The translations under genes and the position numbers were made by a program. Below, piece by piece: positions 26,295 through 39,763 of a DNA stretch of 64,000 bases. Position 1 is the first letter of the stretch. Each line of letters opens with the position of its first letter. Source of the DNA: Piromyces finnis finn (taxonomy: Eukaryota; Fungi; Neocallimastigomycota); NCBI GenBank assembly GCA_002104945.1, contig MCFH01000006.1, forward strand, positions 434,001 through 498,000, given 5' to 3'. Below the pieces are notes generated by a model, which saw nothing but the letters and a program-made list of their open reading frames with translations, was not told the DNA's origin and did no database searches.

Positions 26295-28146
26295 TTATTT
26301 TTTTATTTTTATTATTACTTATTTTTTTGGATTTTTTTTTTTAAAAAAGCATTTATTCTTTAAATTGAATTTAAATTGAATTTTATATTATTAATCTTTT
26401 ATTTTCTTTTTACTTTCCACCATCATATTAATATATAATTTTTATTTATTTGTTTTTAAACCAATTAAAACCTGATACATGATTCTCACGCTAATCCATA
26501 TTTTTATATATAAATTACATATATATTAAATAGATTGATGATAATATTTTAAAATTATTTATTTATTTATTTGAAAGAAAGTAAAAATATATAATAGTAA
26601 TATTGTTTCATTATTTTAATAAAAATATATAAAATTAAATATTATTGTACTTTTTTATAATTCATGCTACTATACATATCATTCTAATAATGCTTATATA
26701 TATATATATTATAATATTTTTATTTACTTTATGTTAAAAAACTATAATAAAGTATAATATTTATTAATATCAGAAGAAATATTTATATATATTTAAATAG
26801 GCATACACTTTTTTTTATAATTCTATTATTAAAAATTGCTAATCTTATGCAGTAAATAATAAGGTATTTATTAATATAATTTAAGTATAATTTTTATTCT
26901 AAAGCCGTCATAAGTAAATAATAATGTTATGGAATGTATGCCTTTTAGTATTTTCAATTTTCAATTTGTTTATATAATAAATAAATATATTATTTTATGG
27001 ATGAAAGTATAATAAATATATTTTATCCTCCTCCTCCTGAAGTGATCATTATTGCTTCTATTGGAATGGATTATAAATTTATTTGGAAATTAAAAAATAT
27101 AAATATTATATTTTTAAGTTAAGGTATATGTGTAACATTGAAAACTTTAATTAATAAAATAATAAATATATAATATTTAAAGTTTATAAATATTATAATT
27201 TTTTAGGATAATATCATAAATTCTGAATATTATTCATTAAAGTTAATATATATATTATAATATTTATTAGGAGTAGTGTCATCTATATATTCTTGACATA
27301 TTTATTTATTTTTATATTAAAAATATTGTTTAAATCTTCATATATATAATTAAAATATAAAACAAGGTTCAATATATTTAATATAATTTATAATGCCAAT
27401 AATATGTAAATCTATTAACATTATTATTAATAAAAGAAAAAGTATTTTACAAATATTAATTAAAATATAAATAAATAAAGAAACCTTTCTTTTTTCTTTT
27501 TTACTTTTCACCAAAACTTTCGTTTTTTTTTATTATTACATAATATATAATAAATATTAATATATAAATATTTTTAAAAAAAAATATAAAAGTAGTAGTA
27601 ATAACAAGGATAAAGACAATAATTGAAGGTATTTTTTTTTTTTAAAAAAAAAAACAAAATATTATAAATTTATATATAAAAAATGAAATTTAATGTAAAA
27701 TTAATAAATATGAAATTCAAATAAGTATAATATTATAAAAGTTGAATTTGGATTATACTATAATAAATATAGAAATTTAGTTATGAAAAAATTTCAAATT
27801 AATAATATAAATTACAAAGCCATTTACATTATACCTTATAGTTAATCAAAAATTTATACTTCAATATTATATATACTAAAGTATATAATTAAATATAAAT
27901 TTTATTACTGTAAAAAAAAGATAAATAATTACAAGAATAAATAGTTATAAAAAAAATAAAAGATGAATATAACATTAAATAATACATTAAAAAGTAAATA
28001 TATTTAAAAAATTATATTTATATTAAGATAAATATTTATTTTTTTAATTTTTTTTTTTATATATATATCAAATAGAGTATTTTTATTATATATAAATCTT
28101 TAAAAATATAATACATATTATTATATATTAGTAATAAATATAAACG

Positions 28147-29784
28147 ATGTTAAAATCTAATAGCTCAAGTAAGGATCCAACTGATATTCCAATTGAAACT
28201 GGTTCTGAATCTAAAATTTCAGAATCAAAAATAGAAAAACAAGATGAAAACATAATTGAAAATGTTGCAGAAAACAATATTGAAAACAAAGACAATTCAA
28301 TGGAAAAAGAAAAATTAAAAGAAGATAATGAAAGATTAAAGGTTGATATAGAAGTTTTATCAAAAAAATTACATGATGCAGTTAATAGAATAGGTAATCT
28401 TGAAAAAGCATTAGAAAACAAAACAGATGTTATTGAAACTTCAAATAAACCTTCTCTTACTTATAGTACAACAACAACAACTACTACTACTACTACTTCA
28501 TCAATACAAGCTGGTGGAAAAACATTTACTTCAGTTGATTCTGGAATACCAATTTCAAGTGATGCAAGTATAGTAATAAAAATGAAGGATTTAGAAAGTA
28601 CTGTTGATAGATTAAATAAGCGTTTATTAGAAGAAGTGGAAAAACGTTCTGAACTTGAAACTTCTCATTCTGCATTAGTACAAGAAACAGAAGACTTAAC
28701 TGTAAAACTTTTTGAAGAAGCTCAAATTATGGTGGCAAATGAAAGAAAAGAAAATTTTGAAAAAGATAAGCAAATAAAAAAGCTTAAATCTATTATAGAT
28801 GAAAAAGATCATATAATTCAAGCTTTAATGGAGGAAAATAAAACATTAAAGATATTTATACAAAATAATACAAATAAATTAAATGATGCTGAATCTGAAG
28901 CTTCCTCTGCATTAAGTAATTTAGGTGAACCAGAAGAAGATGATACAGAAAGTAATAGAAACTCCAAAAGAATATCAGTAAGAACTAGAGCATTAAGTAA
29001 TGTAACAGAGAAGTTATCAGCTACACCCTTTTCACCAATAAATTCAATATTAAGTATTGAAAATAATTCTAATGATGCTACCTATCAAACATTTGCTTAT
29101 CAAACTATCAACAGAGAATTGCATTTTGATAATAAAAATCCATATTATAATGAACTTTACAATTATATTAAATATAAACATTATGATATATTAGAACACT
29201 CCAGATTTACAAAAAGGTGTATTGCTGAAGAAATTGAACCATGCCTTGATTTCCAACCAATTAATCCCGATTTATTAACTATCACTACAAAATTAGCACA
29301 TTATAATTATGTAAGAAGAATTGTAAGAGCTTGTAGAGAAAATACTTTAATAATTAAAAATATTTATGAATACCCAGATAATACCAATATATCAACAGAT
29401 GTAGATAATAAAAATGACAAAGAATTTAAAGTAACCAAGGTAGATAATATAACATGTTCACTATGTTTAAGAAATCATTTACCATTACCATTAAATAGAT
29501 GCTTTATGGATGAAGAAGACAGAGAATTACAGTTAAACGAAAAAACTCAAAGTCAAACTACTTATGTTTGTAAATACTGTAAAGAGAGACTTTTAAGTGT
29601 TTTTGATTATTATGGATATATGAAATTTGTAAGAACTCACTTAAAAGATAATAAAGCAAATGAAAAACCAACAGAATATTGTCATAATCTTTTTGGAGAT
29701 TTATTAAGAATTCGTGAAAGAATGTATTGGGCAAAATTCGGATTAGTTGGTAAAGACTACGGTGTTAATATAAGTTTATATTAA
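28147..29784 (+). CDS. SEC2: Rab guanine-nucleotide exchange factor Sec2/RAB3IP-like (545 aa, single exon)
   Basis: Coiled coil with ETEDLTVKLFEEAQIMVANERKE (Sec2p motif ELEELTASLFEEANKMV-like); C-terminal CSLC...CKYCKERLLSVFDYY...LRIRERMYWAKFG. Confidence 0.85.
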   Translation: MLKSNSSSKDPTDIPIETGSESKISESKIEKQDENIIENVAENNIENKDNSMEKEKLKEDNERLKVDIEVLSKKLHDAVNRIGNLEKALENKTDVIETSNKPSLTYSTTTTTTTTTTSSIQAGGKTFTSVDSGIPISSDASIVIKMKDLESTVDRLNKRLLEEVEKRSELETSHSALVQETEDLTVKLFEEAQIMVANERKENFEKDKQIKKLKSIIDEKDHIIQALMEENKTLKIFIQNNTNKLNDAESEASSALSNLGEPEEDDTESNRNSKRISVRTRALSNVTEKLSATPFSPINSILSIENNSNDATYQTFAYQTINRELHFDNKNPYYNELYNYIKYKHYDILEHSRFTKRCIAEEIEPCLDFQPINPDLLTITTKLAHYNYVRRIVRACRENTLIIKNIYEYPDNTNISTDVDNKNDKEFKVTKVDNITCSLCLRNHLPLPLNRCFMDEEDRELQLNEKTQSQTTYVCKYCKERLLSVFDYYGYMKFVRTHLKDNKANEKPTEYCHNLFGDLLRIRERMYWAKFGLVGKDYGVNISLY

Positions 29785-30148
29785 TAATAATTATTATTCA
29801 TTATAATGTAAACGCGTTAATAGATTTGTAATATTAAAAAATATAAATATTAATGATAGGAATATTAAATATATATATAAATAATAAAATAAAAATTTAA
29901 AATAATACAATAAAAAAAGTTTTTATTTTATTTTATTTTTTTTTTTATGTTATTTATTTCTATTTATAAATTGTGTATATTTAAACACATATAATATATG
30001 CAGCATTATATATAAAATGGTTATATTATTATTTTATTTATTTATATTTAATGATAAATATTAAATATTACATTATATTACGTTTTATGTGTGGTGGTAT
30101 ATATATTTATATATATTACTATTACAATTAATAAAATTTTTATTATCA

Positions 30149-30179
<31 letters not shown>

Positions 30180-30365
30180 ATTATTTTTCATGTTTTTTTC
30201 AGTAAATCTAAATGATAGTAATTATAATAGAGTTGTTGATATAAAAATTATTAAAAAAAAAAAAAAAAAAAAAAAAGTACTTTATAAAATGAAATAAAAA
30301 AAAAAAATTTCTTTATATACAAATAAAATTTACAATAAAATATAATACATAATTTTTTGGTTTAA

Positions 30366-33300
30366 TTAATTTGCATGATTTCTTCTTGGTGGATTATTTA
30401 TAGAAGAAGCCGAAGTTAAATTTGAAGTAATAATTTGTTTTCTTTGTATTGATTGTAATAAATTACCTGAATTAGAACGATCTGGAATACCACGATGAAT
30501 ATTTTCGTTCATTAAATTACTTTTCATATCTATGGATAAAATATTTTGTTGCTGAGTTATATAATTTATGGATCTGCTATTATTTTGAATTTGTACTACT
30601 GATTTATTTAGTAATTCTTGGAATACTTGATTCTTTACATTATCATTCAATACTATACATGTATGTCTACTTTCAATAGGTTCATCATAAATTATACCGA
30701 AAGAATATGAAAATATATTACTAATTGCATTAAATTTTTCTGAAGCATCTTCTTTCTCAATAGGATCAATTGAAAATCTTTTAATTAAACCATATAATCT
30801 TCCAGTAAAATAGGGTAAACGAATATTTGATATTCTTTCTTCATCTTTATCAATTAAACCATTTTTCCATGTATCAATGGCCAATTCATATTCTCCTGAT
30901 ATTAAATGATATAAACCTCTCGCAAGAGCCAAAACTGGAATACTAATTAAATATGCTACAAAATATTTTTCCAATGTATTTATTAAAGTTAGAAGAATAC
31001 CAATACATACCGTTCTTTCATGATTATCTATCATAAATACTCCATTATTATATGCAAAGTATAGTAAATCAAGTATATGTGGGAAACTAATCAAAGCTCC
31101 CCAACTTGGATGACCTAATCTATCTAAATACTTTACTATTTTAACTAAACCACTTTGTACATTTTCAATTAAAGGAACACCAAATCGATAATAGACTTGA
31201 CCTACTATTCCATAGTATACCAATTGAATACTGTAATTAGTAGTGTTCATCTTTTCCGTCAATTCGCTTAAATTTTTCATGATGGTTAGAGTTGGAGCCA
31301 TATCTTCTTCTTCATTTTGTAGAAGAAAATTCATAAATACACATGCATAAGCTAAACATTGGTTTTTCCAGCTTTTTCTCTTAATTAACATTTCGGATGA
31401 AGTTTTTAAACAATATTCTGTATTTCCTGAGTGGAACTCAGTAAATGCTTTCATAATTACCCCTTTATCCCATAATGCCATTTCATTTAATTTAACGGAT
31501 TGAGAAATTAAATAATCCCAATGACTTAATGCATTTTTCCAATCCCCTAAAATAAAATAGCATTGTGCTAAGGAATCGTGGATTAAAAGAATATCATAAG
31601 AAAGGGTATTATCAAAATTTTCTAAATATAGTTTTGCTTTATTCATTGCACATATTCCAACTTGAAAATTGCGTTTTTCATCTATTGCACTCGTTATATA
31701 TTCCATACTATATAATGAAAGAATAAGAATATATTTTATATCTACTTTTAGTTTTGATGACCACATAAGTGCCATTTTTATACTCAGTTTAAATAAATTT
31801 TGTTTATGTAAATAGTTATAAATCTCACTAAGCAATAATAAACATCCCCGTACAACCTTGTATTTTTTTTCTTTTTTCTTTTTATATGAAAACGATTCAA
31901 AATTATTTTGATATAATACATTATTATGTCTATTAACTTTTTTTAACAGCCACCATAAACTAAATCCACCAGATGGTATTTGGACATCCATTAACCTTAG
32001 TGATATAATTATATGATTTTCTGCTTCTTTATATTTTTGAATAGCTAAATATGCTTCCCCTATTTGTTTATGCCATTCACTTAGAGTCCAATTACTGACT
32101 GCTGTAAGTTCAGTAGAATATTGTTCATACCTAAATAGTTTAAACAATATTCTGTAATATTTAATTGCTTCTTGCATTGATTTAAGTTTAAAGTAATATT
32201 TACAAACTTTTTCTAAATACACTTTTGTTTTTTGTTTATCCGGACTATGAGAATAATGATCATAAATACTAACAAGTAAATCTTGTCTTTCTGGATTTGA
32301 TATAAATTCTTGCTCGAAAAAGTGAGCAAAATATAAATGAATTTCTTCTCTTTTAGAAAATGTATTTAACGTATAAATTGCTTTTTGAATCATATCACTA
32401 CTAAAGGCATATGTACTCTCTAACCATTCATCTGAATCTTGATAAATCAACTTCAAAAATCCATATTTATCTAAACTCTTAAATAATGCTTCGGGTGACT
32501 CATTTTCATCATTTAATATTTCATCACTTCCAGAATTTAAAAAATTATAATCTTTTTTATATTGAGTACTTATAAAATTCTTTATATCAATAACTTTAAA
32601 TTGACCAACAACAGAAGCAACCCTTAAAAATTCTTGATAGTCTGAATTTAGTTTATCAAATTGTGCTACCACAATAGACTCAATATCTCCACTAGGAAGA
32701 ATAGTTTCTAAATCTATTAGATTATCATCCTTTTGAGCAATAGTTAATGATCCATCGCTACTTAATCTAAAGTGAGGAAGTTCCAGCATCCATTGTGTCA
32801 TTCGACGAATATATATAGGTGTACCTTAATAATTAAAATAGGGTGTATTATAATATATTATATAGTTATAATTAAATAAATAAGTAACAATATTATAACT
32901 AATAATTAATTATTATTATTGATTATAGTATTATGATAATATGCAACTATTTCATAATAAGAAAAATTCTAATTATTTTTTCATATATTTTGTATTTATT
33001 ATGTATAATACCTTGTGTTCTTTCAAATATAACTTTTAAAATCGATTCACTTACACCAGTACACTTTCTTTGAAATTTTATTGTACATAAATCTTTAATA
33101 ATTTCACATGCTGCTTCTTCAGAAATACTTCCTAATACAATATTAACAGTTCTTTTTAATTTTGCAATATTTTTAAGTGTTTCTAATCCCTTTTCTTTTG
33201 TTGAATAATATGTTTCAGGGCAAGTAAATAAGCACAATAACATTTTAGCTGGTGATTTATATAACAATTCTGTTAATTTCCAAGAGATTGGATCAAGGTA

Positions 33301-36300
33301 TTGTAATTGATCAATAACAATTATTAATGGTGTTTTGTATGTTAATTTTGTTATCAGCCTTACAATAAGATTACTAAATTCTGATATTCTGTTCTCAGTA
33401 TCATCATCTGATATTTCATTTCCAGGAACGATATTTGGGAACATTAAATTAAATAAAGTTATTAATTCAGGGTCTTCACCCAGATAATTTAAGGTTTCCA
33501 TTATTTTTGAATTAAAAAAATTTAATCGTTTTTCTTTTCCATTATTATGTTCGGAATCACAACTTTCTATTGAACCTGATGAACCAACGTCTTGTAAATA
33601 AAAGTTTTGTTTTTTACTAGATATAGAAAATCTATTGCTTCTGGGTGATATTTTTTCTTGTAAAAACATTTGAATATCATTACTTGATGATTTCATTGAT
33701 TCTGTACTATGGAATTTAACTAACTCATTTTGAGTTTTTTCAATAGCATTCATTTGTAAAGAATCTAATGGTTTCTTTTGTTGCAATACTTGACATATAT
33801 TTATTATTTCAAGTATTATAGATTTATATGCTGAAAAAATAGTTGTTTTTTCCAATTTCCTCGCTACACTTGTACTAAAAATTATAATTATTTATATAAA
33901 GTAACTTTAATTTCTAAATTTCGTTTTTTTTTTTTAAATGTGATACTAATAAATTATTACTTACCAAACATTAATTTTATTTTTCTTAGCTTCTTTTATT
34001 AATAATTCTGCTAGTGGCATTAAACCTAATCCTTCAACACCTTGTACCAGTAGCGTTCTTCCTTCACATAATGTAGAATAACTAACTAATAAATTCTCAA
34101 TTTTCTCTATTTCTTTCTCTCTACCAATAAGTTCAATTTCTGTTGTAATTTTTGGTAAGTGAATTGGCATCACTGAACTATTTACAGGTTGATATGCTGC
34201 AATTGATTTTGATTTACCCTTTACTTGTAACGTTCCTATAGATTTATATGATATTATTTCTTTTGTTAATTTATATGTTTCTTCATCACATAAAATTGTA
34301 TTTTTTTCAGCTTTCATCATAAGACGAGCTAAGTTGAAAATTTTGTTTTTATATTTATATTAAATAGTAATAATTAATAATTATTGAAATTAAAATTAAT
34401 TGAATATTCCTTTAATCATTCATATTTTTATATATTTTTTTTAAAAGAGTTTAAATAATTATTTTACCAGCCATGTTTACTGAATCACCAACAACAGAAT
34501 AATCTGCTCTATCTTCGTTACCCTTTATTATTTTTAATAAATATTTATTCATTTAAAAAAAGTTTTTTTTATAAATTTGTTAAACTTCCTAAAATTTATA
34601 TATTATATAATATATTAGAATAAATATAAAGTATTGCATACAATTCCTCCAACCCATGTCATTCCAGTTCCAACACCAATTGTAAAATTATCATTTACTC
34701 TTTTCATATTTTTACATATTTCTAGTGCTGCTTCTATACCAACTTGAGCATCATTTTCATGAGATAATGGAGGAAGACCAAAGTATATTAATATAATTGC
34801 ACCTTTATCATCAATAAGAAATTGACGTAATATACCTTCTTGTAATACTAATGCTCTTTGGACAGCATCTAATGATTCCTGTGCTAATGAAAGATCATTT
34901 GAATTTTCAAATCGAATGTTACTTATCTTTACAAATACTGTTGTTATTCTACGTAATTCACTAAATTTAATTAAATTTTTTGTTCCTGATTCTATTTTTG
35001 ATAATGCACCTTCATTAATGTATTCCTTCCATATATTGTACACTTCTTCATTAAATTTTTTAGAATATTTACTATAAACTGTTTTAATATCATCACCAAA
35101 ACCCCCTTCAATGTCATTTACTGATTTATCCTGAATAATAGCTAAATATTCATTAATTGCTTTTATAATATTTGAACAAAATAATTCATCCTTCATTAAC
35201 TTTACAACAGTTGTTTTTATTTCTTCAGTCTGATTACAATAATATGATTGTGATAAATTATTAAAAAAATTTCTTTCTTTGTCTAATTGAGGTGGTTCTA
35301 CTTGTTTTAATTCAATTAAATTTTCTATATTTGGTAATTTACTAAAAATAGACTTTTGAAAAAATATTAATTTAACATTTTTTATTGTTGCTTCCATAAT
35401 AATTGCTCCTTTTTGATGGTTACTTATATCAATGTTTGGATTAGTAAATAATTTAACAAATTGTTTGTAAAATTGTACTGACATTGCAAGTTGACCTTGT
35501 AATAATAAGAATAGTTTATATTATAATATATATTTATTGGTTTTTATGAATATTTTTAATGATCATTAAATTATTAATATATATTTATATATTATTTCAT
35601 TTGTTTTATAAATACCTGCTTTAGCAAAATCCAATATTGATGCTACTTGATTGACAGCACCTCCTATAAATAGTAGTTGTTATTTAGTATTAATTAATTA
35701 ACAATAGTAATTTAATTTAATGAAATATAAATATAATAAGTGTTATAATTAATATTTATTAATTAAAACTATTATTATTTTATAACATATTTTTAACTTT
35801 TTACCTGATATAAAATGTTCCCATCTACCCGGGTATCCACCAACATGAACATTAAATATTGATCCTAAACCCAGTCCAATATGTATACTTAAATCAATTT
35901 TTAGATTATCTATTTCTACTGTATATTTACTTAGCTCTGCTAATAACTGTAAAGAACATCTTACTGTATTTAATAATAATGCTAATTTTATTTCTTCATA
36001 TTCTTCTTGCATAATATATTGATATTTATTTATATCATCAATTGTCCAGCATATAACAATTGCATCACCTATTGTTTTTAAAAATTTTGCATTTTATATT
36101 ACATATATTGTTCTTCATATATTACAATGTATTATAAATATAAATATATTTGAAAAAAAAAAAAAGATTTTTACCTGCAAATTTTACTATAATATATTAT
36201 ATAGTATAATATAATATAATATTATATTAATATATTATTATATATTATTTATATATTATTAATATAAAATTATTTTACCTAAATCTCCTTTATAACTAAG

Positions 36301-36662
36301 AATAATTTTTATCATTTTATCTAAGTAACCATTCATTGAATTTGATAATAATTCAGGACCAATGCTTCCTCTTTGTGCTAAATTTGATGCTAAATTACTA
36401 TAACCTAATTATTAACATGAATATGAATAAATATAATATTAATAATTTATTATTGATAATAATACAGTTTAAGCAAATATTTATTCATTATAAAACTAAT
36501 AGCACATCACATACCACTAACATCAACCATCATTGCTATTCCATAGCATTCTAAAGATTTCGGTTGTAGAGTACAACCTACATGATTACAAAAATATTCT
36601 CTAACATGTGAAGGAATGTATTGCAATATTGAAAAACATTTTTCAACATAATCATAACTCAT
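30366..36662 (-). CDS. Soluble adenylyl cyclase-like (ADCY10-type) protein: two class III cyclase domains, STAND/AAA module, TPR-like helical C-terminus
   Basis: C1: MMVDVSGYS...GDLVKFAGDAIV...IHIGLGLG...VGGYPGRWEHFISG. C2: ELRRITTVFV...FLIDDKG...FGLPPLSHENDA...VGDSVNMAARLMMKAE. Then ELIGREKE, LIIVIDQLQYLDPISW, TQGTP and a long helical tail. About 11 exons join with GT-AG introns. Confidence 0.88.
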
Positions 36663-38255
36663 GATTATTATTTAATATAGTGGGTGATATTTCACACCCT
36701 TTGTAATAATAATTTAGAATTTATAAAAAAAAAAAAAAAGAAAAATTGTTCTATTATAATTTCAATTAAATATATATGATGTAAGCGTTTTTTTAATTAT
36801 TGTTAATCTATTTTTTCTTATTGTGTAGTAAAATAACATATATTATATTAATATTCTTCTTTTCCTATATTTATTCTAAAATAAATAAATTCCAAATATA
36901 TTTTTCGTAAAATTCAAAAATATTAAATCTTTAGTTAGATAATTCCTGCTTTATTTCTTTTATTATTCTTTCTTTAGAATATATATTGTATTATGGTTTA
37001 TTTAGATAATTATATTGTAATTTTAAATATTTATTGCTTGTACCTTGAATAAATTTATTTATTATTCAAAGTAAATGTATAATATAATGTCAAAATTCTG
37101 ATTTATATTTTGTATTTTTTTTTAAAAAAATTTTTTTATAATATATAGTTGAATAAATTGATTTTAATAGTAACTACTTCGTCAATACTATTTTTTTTTT
37201 TTCAGTAAATTTTAAACAGTCTAAAACATGTAAATTATAAAATTACAATATATAATACTATTTATTCCTAAAATATTATTAACTTTAATATCATATTCAT
37301 ATATTCATAATTAATTAAAATATATAATAAATTTTTTGATACTTTTTATGAAATAAATTGAAATAAATATAAATAAAACGAAAAAAAAAACTTTAAAAAT
37401 TAATATTTAAAAGTTTTTAAGAATTTAAATAATAATGATTTAGATTTATTCTAAAAGTATAAACTTTAATTTTATTTAAAAATGAAAAAAGAAATAAAAT
37501 ATAATTATAATTATATATTTTATCGTATTATTTCATGTATTATAATTTTTGAGATTTATTTAATCTTTCTTTTCATGAAAAATACAATTATTAATATATA
37601 TATTTTATAATTTTTAAGGTAGAATCATTTATAAAAATGTTAAAAACTAATCTTTTTTTTTTTTTTAAATTCATACAAATTCATTTATTTTAATAAATAA
37701 TTAAATTTTCTTTACCTTATTATTCAATAGTATGATAATGATAAAATATAAATGTATTAATTGAATAATCTAAAAATTCTTTTTTATGTAATAGTTATTA
37801 ATATTATTAAATATAGTAATTTTTTTCCAATAAGTTAAATTAACTATATTTAAAATTCAATAATTTAGTATTATGAAAACTTTCTATTAATAAATTTATC
37901 ACTTACTTTAAAAACTATATTTCTATTAATACAAATTTTAATATTTTTATAAAAATTATATAAATTTGAATTTGTTTCCAATTTTACCAAAAATTAAAAG
38001 AATAATACAATTATAGAATTATAGCTATAAAATATATAAAATATATATAATAACCAAAAAAAAAAAAAAGAAAAAGAAAAAGAAAAAGAAAAAAGAATTA
38101 TTTAATAAAATTACATAATGTAATTATTTAAAAGTTTTTATTATAAATATACAGTTAATAATCTTAAGTAACAGCAATTTTATATGAAATTTACTCATAT
38201 TCTTATATAACTAATAAGAAAATATGAAATTAAATAAAACTTCCAATTAAGTTAT

Positions 38256-39148
38256 TTAGTGTTGGGTTCTTTTCAGATTCTTTTCTATACTGTTTCATTT
38301 TTTCTTTAGCTTTAATAGTACTTTCACAATCTTCTGGTGGTTCTGAGTTAGGATCAATTGGATCATATATTAATTTTCCAACATAAAAATATTGATTATT
38401 ATGACTCCAAAATTTATCCCATGAATCAATAATCTATAATATTATTATTTAAATATGTTAATATTCTGGTGTTTATATATATATATAATATATTAAATAT
38501 ATTTGTACAGATATTTGATCTTCATCTAGACCACGTAGATCATGTGTCCAATGAGACTTATCTGATAAACAACCAGTTACTAAAGCCCTAGAAGAGTCTC
38601 TTCCCGCAAAAAGATGATAACCAGCACCTGGCTTTTATATATATATATTAAATTGAATAGTTTTTATTTTTAATATTGATAATATTCATATTGATATTGG
38701 TCTATAAATAATAAAATGAATAACACATACTCCATAAAAATGTCTTCCTGCAGTTACATCATAAACATTTCCTCTATAAATAATAATAATAATTAATGAG
38801 TATTAAGTTTTAATAAATATTTATATTACTATTTACTTTCTATTTTAATCATTTACTTGCATGAAAGATAGATAGGCTTACTAGGATCTGTTCCGTCATA
38901 TTCAGCTAATTCCTTTTCTGTAAAAATTCTTTCTTTTCTCTATTTTTTTTAATTAACAAGATCAAATGGATAATCCATTAATTCAATTTATTTTATTTTT
39001 TTATTTTTATATCTAATAAATATAGTTTTAAAAATCTATTTTTTTTTTTTTTTTTACATAACTTTATTGATATTAATGATTAATTAATATATCTTTCCAT
39101 AATTCTACTTTTTTTTTTTTATCACTAAAATTAATTTGTTTTCTTTTA

Positions 39149-39199
<51 letters not shown>

Positions 39200-39489
39200 T
39201 ACATCATCATCATCATTATTATTTATATTATTATTACTAAATTCTATTTGAAACATAGATACATATATATATTAATAAAGGTATTTACTGGAATATATCT
39301 TCTCCAATTTGGAACTTTTCTTCCCCAAGTAAAAGTATTAGTTATTAGATATGACGCAGCAAAATAAAACACAATTCCATTTAATATAAATTTAAAAAAT
39401 AAAGAAAAAAAACCACCATTTTTTTCTTTAAAATCTTTTTTTAATTTAATATTATTATTTATTTTCTCATTCTTAATTTTTTGTTTTTC

Positions 39490-39492
<3 letters not shown>
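38256..39492 (-). CDS. Membrane-associated progesterone receptor (MAPR)/cytochrome b5-like heme-steroid binding protein (Dap1/neuferricin-like)
   Basis: N-terminal TM, then FTEKELAEYDGTDPSKPIYLS...[37 protein letters not shown]...YVGKL across 5 exons. Confidence 0.9.
39147..39202. repeat. (ATT)n trinucleotide microsatellite, intronic
   Basis: Visible tandem ATT run in the first intron of the MAPR gene. Confidence 0.85.
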
Positions 39493-39523
<31 letters not shown>

Positions 39524-39763
39524 TGAAAATGTAAAATTTATGTTTGTGTGGAAGTGGATTAATTTATATTAATATTTTCAATATTTTTATAAATTACAAA
39601 AAACTTTATTCAAATAAAAATTTCTTGTTGCTGCTAATTAATTTATTCTGAGTTTAAATAATATTAAAATTAAAATTTTGGTAAATTTATACAACATATT
39701 AATAATTATTATTCTTGATATGATTATTTAATTTTTATTGAAATAAAGTAATATATAAATAAT

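Noticed and set aside
26997-27119. Short ORF MDESIINIFYPPPPEV...
   Set aside because: About 40 codons, no recognisable motif and no convincing splice partners.
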